Assembly: GCF_009914755.1 (NCBI RefSeq)
Contig: NC_060944.1
From: the human T2T-CHM13v2.0 reference genome, Homo sapiens
Strand: one strand, 5' to 3'
DNA: 64,000 nucleotides
The notes beneath the pieces are model-generated. The model had not been told where the DNA came from. It saw only the letters and a list, made by a program, of their open reading frames with translations, and searched no databases. A program made the translations under genes and the position numbers. Shown piece after piece: positions 53,237-64,000 of the stretch (position 1 is its first letter; each line of letters opens with the position of its first letter).

Positions 53237-54718
53237 TACAACTTCTTTATTATTTATTTCTTTTTTCAGAAAAATGTAGTGGAGACGTAGGAGATGATGA
53301 AATCACATCTAGGATTAACATCCTAGAAGGAGCCTCGGAGAGCTGTGAATACCCTAATAATAAATTATTTCGCAGGGCATATCCTGTGTCTTTAGCTTTG
53401 GATTGTGTTTCTACCTCTAATGAGAACAAAATAGAGAAGGAGGAGCCAGGCATACAGCCGAATTTGATCTCACATACCAAGAAGAGGAAACTGAGGCCTG
53501 GAGAGATAAGGCCACCCACCCTTACCAGACCCTTTTACCAAGGTATCCAAAAACAGCAGCAGAGACTAAAAACACACTTTACTGGAACCCAAAGAGGTTT
53601 TCTCTAAGTCAAGCTAACCCAGCCTCAATCAATAGAGCCAGTGAGAAAACATTGATTGTCAAAACTCTGCTCTTCCTTCAGGGTCCATCTCAGATGCGGT
53701 CTCTTTCATGAAACATTTCTGATCTTTCCAGCCAGCGTCAATCTTTTCCTATTATTTCTGTCCTGGATTGGGTTGTAGCATTTACCTCATTCTCTCTTGG
53801 ACTATTTGTACACATGTCTTGTCTCCTGAGATATGTGGTAAACTCCTGGGAAGACAGGCTTGGCTTGTTTCTTTTTGTTGGCGATGGTGGGAGGGAGGCT
53901 TATATAAATTAGTTGCTCAGTAAAAGACCAAATTGAGTTGTGTTGCTTCTAAGGAGAAAAGGCCTGAGGAACTCCGTGTTTCCTGAAGCAACTGACAGGC
54001 ATATTCATATTGAATTTACAAATGTCTTTGTTTTACGGTAGTATACATTTGACAATGAGATCATGGGCCCCAGAGTCTCTGTAGATAAAGAGACCCTGGG
54101 TTGTACTTTCTTGGTAGGATGCCCAAGGATGTGACGGCTGCTCTCCCTGCCACACCCAGAGTTGGTGGCTAACCCTTTTCCTGCTTCTGTGTCACTTCGT
54201 GGTTCCATGGTAGACTCAAGAGCTACTCTGGGGCAGTCTTGGAACTCTTAAGTTAAGCTAGGGTAGAGGAATGAAGAGGAACGGAAAGAGGAAGAATGCC
54301 ATGGCATGGGAAGGCTAAGGTCTCCTGTCTCCTTCTTCCTTCCTGCTTCTTGCCCAGGGGGCCCAGGCCCCCAGCTGGCAGCCACAGCAGCATGACAGTA
54401 CCAGCAAGGGTGTGTGCACGCATCTTTCCTCAGCTTCCCTTGCAGTTGGTCTGTCCTGTCCTGCCCTCTCCTCCACCACTCACCCTCCCTGCACGCAAGG
54501 TGACTGCAGAGTGGCAAGGCACAGGGTGTGGGCAAAACGTGTCCTGTCACCACTTGGGCAGGGCTCAGCCTTGGAAAACACAGAGGTACTTGAAGTCCCC
54601 GGGGCTGTCATACACCAAGATCCGGTAGTTGTACATTATATGCCCTTTAAGGGAGCAGTCCTGACCTCAGGAAGAATTTCTTTGGACTTGGGAATATGAA
54701 TAAAATAAAATCTTTTCT

Positions 54719-55031
<313 letters not shown>

Positions 55032-55079
55032 TCAGCAGCCTGTTAAGTGGTCTCCATGATGGACTGAGAAGGCCTGGGG

Positions 55080-55569
55080 TGGAACAAGAATTAAAAGAAA
55101 TTAAAGACTGTGTAAGCCAAAACTCAGTTGTATGTAAGAAAATCCAATTCCCCCTGAGGAAGAGAAAGGGCTGGAGTTCTTTAAAATTAACTGCCTGTTT
55201 TTCTCTCGGTGGCTAGTGAGCCTTATCTTTCCCTTTCCCAGGCATTGTGAAGACTCTGTTTCTCTAGCTGTGCAGCTGCAAGGTCACTAGACAGATAATC
55301 TCAAGTCATAAAACACATTGTTCCTTGGAAAGTAAGAAATAATGTAACGCACGTCTTAATTGAATAACTGTCTTTGTTTCTTGCTTCTGTAATACACTTC
55401 CGCCTGCACAGATCTCTCTCCGCCCCATGAAATTCTTAAAAGGTAGCTTGACTCTTTGTTCGGGGCTCAGTCCTTGGGATGTTAATTTGACGGGGTCAGT
55501 GCACCTAAATAATTAAATAATTCCTCCTCAACCCCTCAGTCTCTCTGATTCCTTAATTATCCCACAGCA
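55080..55569 (+). mobile_element. LTR15-like ERV1 solo LTR
   Basis: GAATTAAAAGAAATTAAAGA..TGTGTAAG..AAACTCAGTTGTATGTAAGAAAA to TGATTCCTTAATTATCCCACAGCA. Confidence 0.8.
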
Positions 55570-55722
55570 AGGGAAGAGCTATGGAAGAGCGATGTCCTTC
55601 CTGATTCCTGACCCTTAGAGGGAGAGGAGGTTAACAGGGAAGGAGAAAGGGGAAAAGGCCTACAGACGCCTAAATATATATAATTTTAACTCCTTATGAC
55701 CATATTGTCAAGTTTTTTTATG

Positions 55723-55857
55723 TATTATTTTTTTTAATAGAGATGGGGTCTCACTATGTTGCTCAGGCTGGTCTCAAACTCCTGAGCTAAAGCAGTCCTC
55801 CCGTCTCAGCCTCCCAGAGTGCTGGGATTACAGGTGTGAGCCACTGTGTACCTGGCC
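55723..55857 (-). mobile_element. FLAM/Alu monomer
   Basis: Single antisense arm; TSD CCA(T/C)ATTGTC. Confidence 0.9.
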
Positions 55858-56559
55858 CACATTGTCGAATTAATGGAAAGGAAATACAGAACCAGAAAAA
55901 CCAAGTAACTGGTTAGAAGCAAAACTTGAACTAGAACCCAGATCATAAAATCTAGGAACTGCAAGGGAAACGGGGATAAGGCAAAGCATGTTATTGATCA
56001 CTTATGCATGTCAGACACTGCAGGGTTTGTGTGTATGCTTCCTCATTTCCTCTGTGTAATTATCTTATTAAATCAATATCATATCATTTTACAGGTTTGG
56101 TCTGTTTTTTTTTTTTTTAAAGGAAGTGCCAACCATTTTGCCTGGCACAGTACTTGGCCCTGGGGGTACAATGAAGATCAAGTTCAAGATCAAGGTGGTC
56201 CCTGCCCTATGGTGCTTTTATGGGGGAGAGTCAGGTAAGGAAGCAGTTATCAAGCCTTCTGTGTTTATAATAGAAGTTCAGAATGCTTTGGGAGCACTGC
56301 GGTGGGTCCTGCCTCAGGCTGGGAAAAGTCAGGGAGGGCTTCCTGAAGAAGCTTTCAGGTCTTGGAGTGAGCAGAGAATGGGATTGAGGATAGAGGTGGG
56401 TGGGTAGGGAAGACGAGAAATGAGGCCAGAGGGGTAGGCAGGTTCCAGACTCCAGACCACCTGGTTAGATGTTTGCATTTCACCTAAGATGGAGATTCAA
56501 GGTGGAGGGTGTTGGAAGGTTTTAAGTGACGGGATGATAGGATGAGATGTCCTTATTCT

Positions 56560-57185
<626 letters not shown>

Positions 57186-58665
57186 GATGTCCCATTTCTA
57201 AGGGAAACTTTGGTTTTGGTGTGGAGGGCGGGCTGGAGAGGGTAGGACTAGAGGATGGAGATGAGCTGGGAACAGCAGTGATTCACAGTAGTGAGAATAG
57301 CAGCTAAGCTAGGACAATGTCGGGAGAAACAGAGAGAAATGGATGCACTGAAGAAATTGATTTAGGAGTTAGAAACCATCAGGACTTGGTGACTGATGGC
57401 TCTGAGGGGTGGGGAGTTAGAGGGATCCAGGATGACTCCCAGGTTTTGTCTTGGGCTGCGTCATCATCATGGTGCCACCATCTACTCAGTTGTCCAGATG
57501 AGATAACTGAAGCTCACAGAAGTAATTTATCCCAGGTCAATCAACTCGTAAATGGTAGAGCTGGGGCTCAACACCAGCCCTGATTGATGCCTTCCTAATT
57601 CCACCAGTTCCAGCATTTTTCTGTTTATAACAGTCTGGACAACAGCCATGAACAGCTTTGGCCAAGGTGCACAACTGTGCTTTCTGGAGCCATGGGCTTC
57701 TGCAGTGGTGAATGGAGATTTATTCTGAGCTTTAGTAGTTCATTTGAAAGCAATGTTCGGAATCTCCCCTACCTAATGCCCTAAAGCTCTGCACTATCCC
57801 AAAAGGCGGTCTGGGTTAATGAAGGGAGAGCTCACCTCCTAACCCAGGGTTAGGAGACCTGGGTTCAAGTCCTGGTCCTGCCAAGTCACATACCTTCTCT
57901 GGGCCCCAGTTTCCCAATCCTTGAGTGAAGAGGTTGGGTCAGATGACCTCTAACGGCCATTTCAGCATCTGTTTCTAAGATCTACGTGTCTGGGGAGCAG
58001 GAAACGTGCTTAAATACGTTACAGGCTAGAGGCATTCTGAAGGCCATTTGGTTTGATTTCTCAGTGATATGTTAGCCTCCTCTAAAGTGGGCCCAGCTGT
58101 GGCCTATGTAACTTGGGTCAGGCACGGGCCCCATAACACACTGATCAAATCAGAATTCTTGGAGCAGGGCTGCAGAGAAGTCTCTTGGAATCTGCACCAG
58201 TGATCCCAGTGTGTAGTGAGGTTTGAGAACCACTGTCTTGGAGGATGCTGGGAGATCGCCAAGGTGTGTGTTACCCACAGGAAGCCAGTGAGAGTGACTG
58301 GGGGCCTCTGTGGAGGAGAAATCAGCCCAGGGAAGAGCCAGATATTCCAGAGCAGGGAGGGAAGCACACAGTCAGCTGAGAACTAATCCTGACTCAGTCT
58401 CTACAATGTGTTCCTGATGCCACAGGAAAACAGTAGGTGGGGAAAGAATCAAGAGGTCTTGCCTTTTCCGTCTGCGAGCCCGTCTCCTTCAGTCCCTTCA
58501 AAGCACCTCCCATCTCTTGGCTCCTCACCAGGTGAGCAGTGCTGTGCTCACCTGGCCCAGGGGGTGAAGTGCCTTGCTGCAAGTTGTGGGAGAGAAGACA
58601 GCAGAAAATAACTCTGGGTTCTTCTGAGCAAGGCGAGAGTACATCTGGTCAGGAGATAAGGGAGG

Positions 58666-58976
58666 GGCCGGGCGCGATGCCTCACACCTGTAATCCCAGC
58701 ACTCTGAGAGGCCGAGGCGGGAGAACCTTTTGACCCACAAGTTCAAGACTGGCTTGGGCAACACAGCAAGACCCCATCTCCACAAAAATAATAAAAAAAT
58801 TATCCAGACACGGTGGTGAGCACCTATAGTCCCAGCTACTCAGGAAGCTGAGGTAGGGGATCGCTTGAGCCCAGGAATTGGAGGTTGTGGTGAACTATGA
58901 TCAGGGCATTGCATTGCAGCCCGGTAGCAGAGCGAGACCCTTGTCTCTAAAAACAAACAAACAAACAAACAAACAA
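58666..58976 (+). mobile_element. Alu SINE (AluJ)
   Basis: Dimer, (AAAC)n tail. Confidence 0.93.
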
Positions 58977-59030
58977 GAGATGGGGGAAGACTCTGTGAAA
59001 GCCATACTTCGTGAGATAGAGCCCTCTCCT

Positions 59031-59335
59031 CTTTTTATTTATTTATCTTTTTTTTTTGAGACAGGGTCTCACTCTGTCACCCAGGCCGGCATGCAGTGAT
59101 GCAATCTCAGCTCACTGCAACCTCCATATCTCAGGCTCAAGCAATCCTCCTGCCTCAGCCCCCTGGGTAGCTGGGAGTACAGGCACATGCTGCCTTGACC
59201 AGCTAAATTGTTTTGTATTTTTAGTAGAGCTTTGTCATGTTGCCAGGGCTAGTCTCGAACTCCTGGGCTGAAACAATCTGTCTGCCTCAGCCTCCCAAAG
59301 TACTAGGATTACAAGCATTAGCCACCACGCCCAGC
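59031..59335 (-). mobile_element. Alu SINE (AluJ)
   Basis: Antisense dimer. Confidence 0.93.
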
Positions 59336-60293
59336 CTTACAGCCTTCTGCTCCTAACAATACCTTCAAGGCCATCAGTATCTGTCAACAAGCACTTACTG
59401 CATGCCCACCCTGTGCCAGAAACCACACCCCGCCACAGGATGCCAACAGGAAAGACGCAGACTTTGCCCTTTAGCCTCCAGACCAGAGGAGGCGGCAGAT
59501 GAGCAAACATGCCATCACAGTGTCGTGTGAGAGGCTCTGGGAGCCCAGACGGTCCTGAAAACTGAGGCTGGGCACTCCAGGAAGGCTTCCTGGGGGAGGT
59601 AGCACTGAGTTATGAAGGACAGGTTTGAATTACCCAGGAAGAAAGGGGTGTGTGGATGTGAAAGGAGGGAGGTGGCGATGTCATTACACTGTTTTATATG
59701 GTCCAACACCCTTATCCATCCATTATTTCATCTGGTGTTACTATGATGCTGGCTAGAAAGTTCATAGATTATTTTCATTCAATGGACTGAGTGTCAAGGG
59801 GCTAGGATGGAAAACTTCCTCATCATTACAGCAAGAGAATCAGAGGCCCTCATTTGACAAGCACAGTGGTTATTGAAGGAATCTTCTCTATGGCTGATAT
59901 CTCTATCTGTGATCTCTCTCAGTCTCCCAGAAACTTGGGAAATAGAAGGAACTTTCTCCATTTTATAAAAGAGGAAGCCAAGGTTTAGAGAGATGGACTT
60001 CATCGACACCCATGCACTTGATGGCTAGCAAGGACTCAGCATTTTAGAATACTTTCCGGATTAAAGTGAAAAGTGGATTAATAAATAGTGCTCCCAAAGT
60101 AGGGCTTTCTTTAGTCACATCTGCCTGCTATATACAGACTTAAGGGAGGGGTTGTTATTATTACGTACCTCGTTCACTCCCTACTTAATCCCAGCTTCAC
60201 TATCACAACCCAGGAATATTAAAGACAATTAGATGGTTTTAGTTTGGCAATGGATAATTATAATCATGTCATTTTAGCAAGCTTCTCCTGTGA

Positions 60294-60603
<310 letters not shown>

Positions 60604-61084
60604 TGACCACTGAACTCTAACTTGGAAGACATCACAGTGTATCCAATCACGTCCAGGCTTAAGCATAAGGCCAGCCTGACTTTTTCAGTGGGATTTTGAG
60701 CAGCGACTTAGAGAGGTGGGAAGTGAGCTTTGCCGGAGCCCCCTAGGCTTTCCAGGCAGTGCTGGTGGATTCTAGCAGATACAGTAGCTCCCAGGTAGAC
60801 GAGCACATGTGCTCAAGGTAATTTATTTTCAGTAATCAGAGTAGACTGTGGAGACTTGTGAAGGATCTGTCCTAATTCAGAATATTGGTCTGTGAATTGG
60901 CTTTTAGAAAAATCAACTACTTTTAGAAGTTTCCTTGTAACTAAAATAGAGGTTGCTCTAGTATGAGGAGAAAAATCCTGGCTGCAAATTTGAGATGAAA
61001 GGGAAAATCACCATCCGAGTTCTGGAGTTGCCAGGATTTCCTAAGGACCTATGTTATTTCCTTTCTCTTTGAAGGCCTTGCATT

Positions 61085-61391
61085 GCTTTGTTTGTTTGTT
61101 TGTTTGTTTGTTTTGAGACAGGTTCTCACTCTGTCACCCAGGCCAGAGTGCAGAGGTGCAATCCAGGCTCACAGCAGCCTTGACTTCCCAGGCTCAAGTG
61201 ATCTTCTCGCTTCAGCCTCCAAAGTAGCTGGGTGCGCAACACCACGCCCAGTTAATTTTGTATTTTTTGTAGAGACACGGTTTCACCACGTTACCCTGGC
61301 TGGTTTCAAACTCCTGAGCTCAAGCGATGGGCCTGCCTTGGCCTCCCAAAGTGCTGGGATTACAGGTGTGAGCCACCGCTCCCCATCAGGC
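61085..61391 (-). mobile_element. Alu SINE (AluJ)
   Basis: Antisense dimer, (TTTG)n; TSD GGCCTTG. Confidence 0.93.
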
Positions 61392-61907
61392 CTTGTCTTT
61401 GGTTTCTAAACCTACCTTGTACATTTGGTTTTTAACAAATGACAACAAAGTTCCCTGAACCATAATCAAATGCACATGAACGCATTGGCCTGTGCGCATT
61501 CTTCCCACCCAGATCCTGTGCTCAGCTGATCTTTGGAGGACCCACGCCCTCTCAGGGACTGGGGAGGCCCTGGGAAGGTCAAGGCCAGGCCCTTGCCCTG
61601 GAGCAGCATAGCCTAGTGGCAAACTCCTGCACAGCACCAGCAGGCTGTGAAGTAAAGAGAGCAGCCAAAGGCGCAACAGGAGAGGGAGTCCAGGAAACCT
61701 TAGAGGGTACCATCTTTGAGCCTGGAGTTCAACAGCCAGAGGAGGTAGCGATGGTCTGATAGTCCATGATTCTGCAGTGCTCTGTACAGAGAGCCACAAA
61801 CGTCTTTCCTGTCCTTAGACAAAATAACTATTGTTCAACTAGCCCGTGATCTTTAACTACAGTGCAATAAAATTAGAAATGGCAAAATAGTTAAAAATAA
61901 GCCATGG

Positions 61908-62078
61908 CAGTCAGGCACAATGGCTCACAACTGTAATCCCAGCACTTTGGGAGGCTGAGGCAGGAGAATTTACTTGAATCCAGGATGCGGAGGTTGCAGT
62001 GAGCTGAAGTTGCGCCACTGGACTCCAGCCTGGGTGATAGAGTGAGACTTTGTCTCAACAACAATGACAACAAAAAAC
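61908..62078 (+). mobile_element. Alu collapsed to a left/right hybrid monomer
   Basis: CCCAGCACTTTGGGAGGCTGAGGCAGGAGAAT joins the left-arm start to the right-arm end. Confidence 0.85.
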
Positions 62079-62112
62079 ATAGAAAAGTATCTTCAAGATA
62101 TTCAATTTGCAA

Positions 62113-62338
62113 GGCCGGGCACAGTGGCTCATGCCTGTAATCTCAGCTTTGTGGGAGGCCAAGGTGGGTGGATCACCTGAGGTCAGGAGTTTGAGACCAG
62201 CCTCACCAACATATTGAAACCCCATCTCTACTAAAAATACAAAAAAAATAGCTGGGCATCATGGTGGGGACCTGTAATCCCAGTTACTCGGGAGGCTGAG
62301 GCAGGTGAATTGCTTGAACCTGGGAGGCAGAGGTAGCA
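62113..62338 (+). mobile_element. 3'-truncated Alu (AluS)
   Basis: Stops at GCAGAGGTAGCA with no tail. Confidence 0.9.
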
Positions 62339-62349
62339 AAAGGAATGCA

Positions 62350-62605
62350 GAATAGTATTAATTATTTTTAAATTAAGTATTATTATTTTTAATTATTAAA
62401 AATTATTATAAACTATTATCATAGTGTAATATTATATTTATGTTATATAAATTATATAGACATATATAAACATAACATTACTTATATAATAATATAAAAT
62501 ATTATTAGTAATTGTTATTTATTAATTATTTTAAAAATTAAGTATTTTTTAGACACATTTTAGACACAAAGATTTGTGATTAATAATTAATTTAAAAAAT
62601 AATTA
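62350..62605. repeat. AT-rich low-complexity tract
   Basis: About 90% AT with internal direct repeats. Confidence 0.9.
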
Positions 62606-64000
62606 GGGGGCATTCCAAGATGGCCAAATAGGAACAGCTCCGGTCTGCAGCTCCCAACGTGATCAACACTGAAGATGGGTGATTTCTGCATTTCCAACTG
62701 AGGTACCTGGTTCAACTCACTGGGACTGGTTAGACAGTGGGTGTAGCCCACGGAGGGTGAGCTGAAGCAGGGCAGGGCGTCACTTCACCTGGGAAGCACA
62801 AGGGGTTGGGGGATTTCCCTTTCCTAGCCAAGGGAAGCCGTGACAGACTACCTGGAAAAACAGGACACTCCCCACCCAAATCCTGCGCTTTTCCCAAGGT
62901 CTTAGCAACTGGCAGACAAGGTGATTCTCTATTGTGCCTGGCTTAGTGGGCCCCATGCCCACGGAGCCTTGCTTACTGCTAGCGCAGCAGTCTGAGATCG
63001 ATCTGCGAGGCGGCAGCCTGGCTGGGGGAGGGGCGTCTGCCATTGCTGAGGCTTGAGTAGGTAAACAGAGCGGCCAGGAAGCTTGAACTGGGTGGAGCCC
63101 ACCACAGCTCAACAAGGCCTACTGCCTCTGTACTCCACCTCTGTGGGCAGGGCATAGCTGAACAAAAGGCAGCAGACAACTTCTGCAGACTTAAACGTCC
63201 TATCTGACAGCTCTGAAGAGAGCAGTGGTTTTCCCAGCATGGCATTTGAGCTCTGAGAATGGACAGACTACCTCCTCAAGTGGGTCCCTGACCCCCGTGT
63301 AGCCTAACTGGGAGACACCTCCCAGTAGCAGCCGACAGACACCTCATATAAGTGGCTGCCCCTCTGGGATGAAGCTTCCAGAGGAAGGATCAGGCAGCAA
63401 TATTTGCTGTTCTGCAATATTTGCTGTTCTGCAATATTTGCTGTTCTGCAGCCTCTGCTGGTGATACCAGGGGAACAGGCTCTGGAGTGGAACTCCAGCA
63501 AACTCCAACAGACCTGCAGCTGAGGGACCTGACTGTTAGAAGGAAAACTAACAAACAGAAAGGAATAGCATCAACATCAACAAAAAGGTCATCTACAACA
63601 AAACCCCATTTGTAGGTCACCAACATCAAAGACCAAAGGTAGATAAAACCACAAAGATGGGGAGAAACCAGAGCAGAAAAGCTGAAAATTCTAAAAACCA
63701 GAGTGCCTCTTCTCCTCCAAAGGATCACAGCTCCTCGCCAGCAATGGAACAAAGCTGGATGAAGAATGACTTTGACGAGTTGACAGAAGTAGGCTTCAGA
63801 AGGTCGGTAATAACAAACTTCTCCGAGCTAAAGGAGGATGTTCGAACCCATTGCAAGGAAGCTAAAAACCTTGAAAAAAGATTAGATGAATGACTAACTA
63901 GAATAAATAGTGTAGAGAAGACCTTAAATGACCTGATGGAGCTGAAAACCGTGGTATGACAACTACATGCACAAGCTTCAATAGCTGATTCGATCAAGTG
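62606..64000 (+). mobile_element. L1PA (L1PA7/8-like) 5' UTR and start of ORF1; runs off the window
   Basis: GGGGGCATTCCAAGATGGCCAAATAGGAACAGCTCCGGTCTGCAGC start with YY1 site at 62616-62625; ~1050-bp UTR. Confidence 0.93.
63657..64000 (+). pseudogene. L1 ORF1p N-terminus, inactivated
   Basis: MGRNQSRKAENSKNQSASSPPKD...LEKRLDE, then TGA at 63891-63893 (normally Trp) and a second in-frame stop near 63957. Confidence 0.9.

Noticed and set aside
62606-64000. Potentially active LINE-1
   Set aside because: Older L1PA subfamily with CpG decay and nonsense codons in ORF1

Overview
Primate (very probably human) genomic DNA, dominated by interspersed repeats. By hand I count about 54 Alu copies or fragments (roughly a quarter of the window), plus L1, L2, MIR, MaLR/ERV1 solo LTRs (MLT1, THE1, MER21, MER31, MER41, LTR15) and DNA-transposon fossils. 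The main functional landmark is a ~1.1 kb CpG island (4900-5970) carrying two RFX X-boxes and ETS and CRE motifs, which looks like a bidirectional promoter. Leftward it could drive a short two-exon minus-strand transcript ending at a poly(A) signal near 130. Rightward it could drive a long plus-strand transcript whose intron(s) would span most of the window, with a few candidate small exons. The window ends inside the 5' end of a dead L1PA element. I recognise no known protein-coding exon and give no gene symbol; nearly all listed ORFs are Alu, low-complexity or GC-rich artefacts. I found no clearly new biological system. The best leads are regulatory (X-box/Kozak overlap with a possible spliced ORF, a MER41 tandem-GAS enhancer, a DR5 element created inside an MLT1 LTR) and structural (an inverted templated insertion between opposed Alus). 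Repeat subfamily names come from recall of consensus sequences, and boundaries are approximate unless a TSD is quoted.
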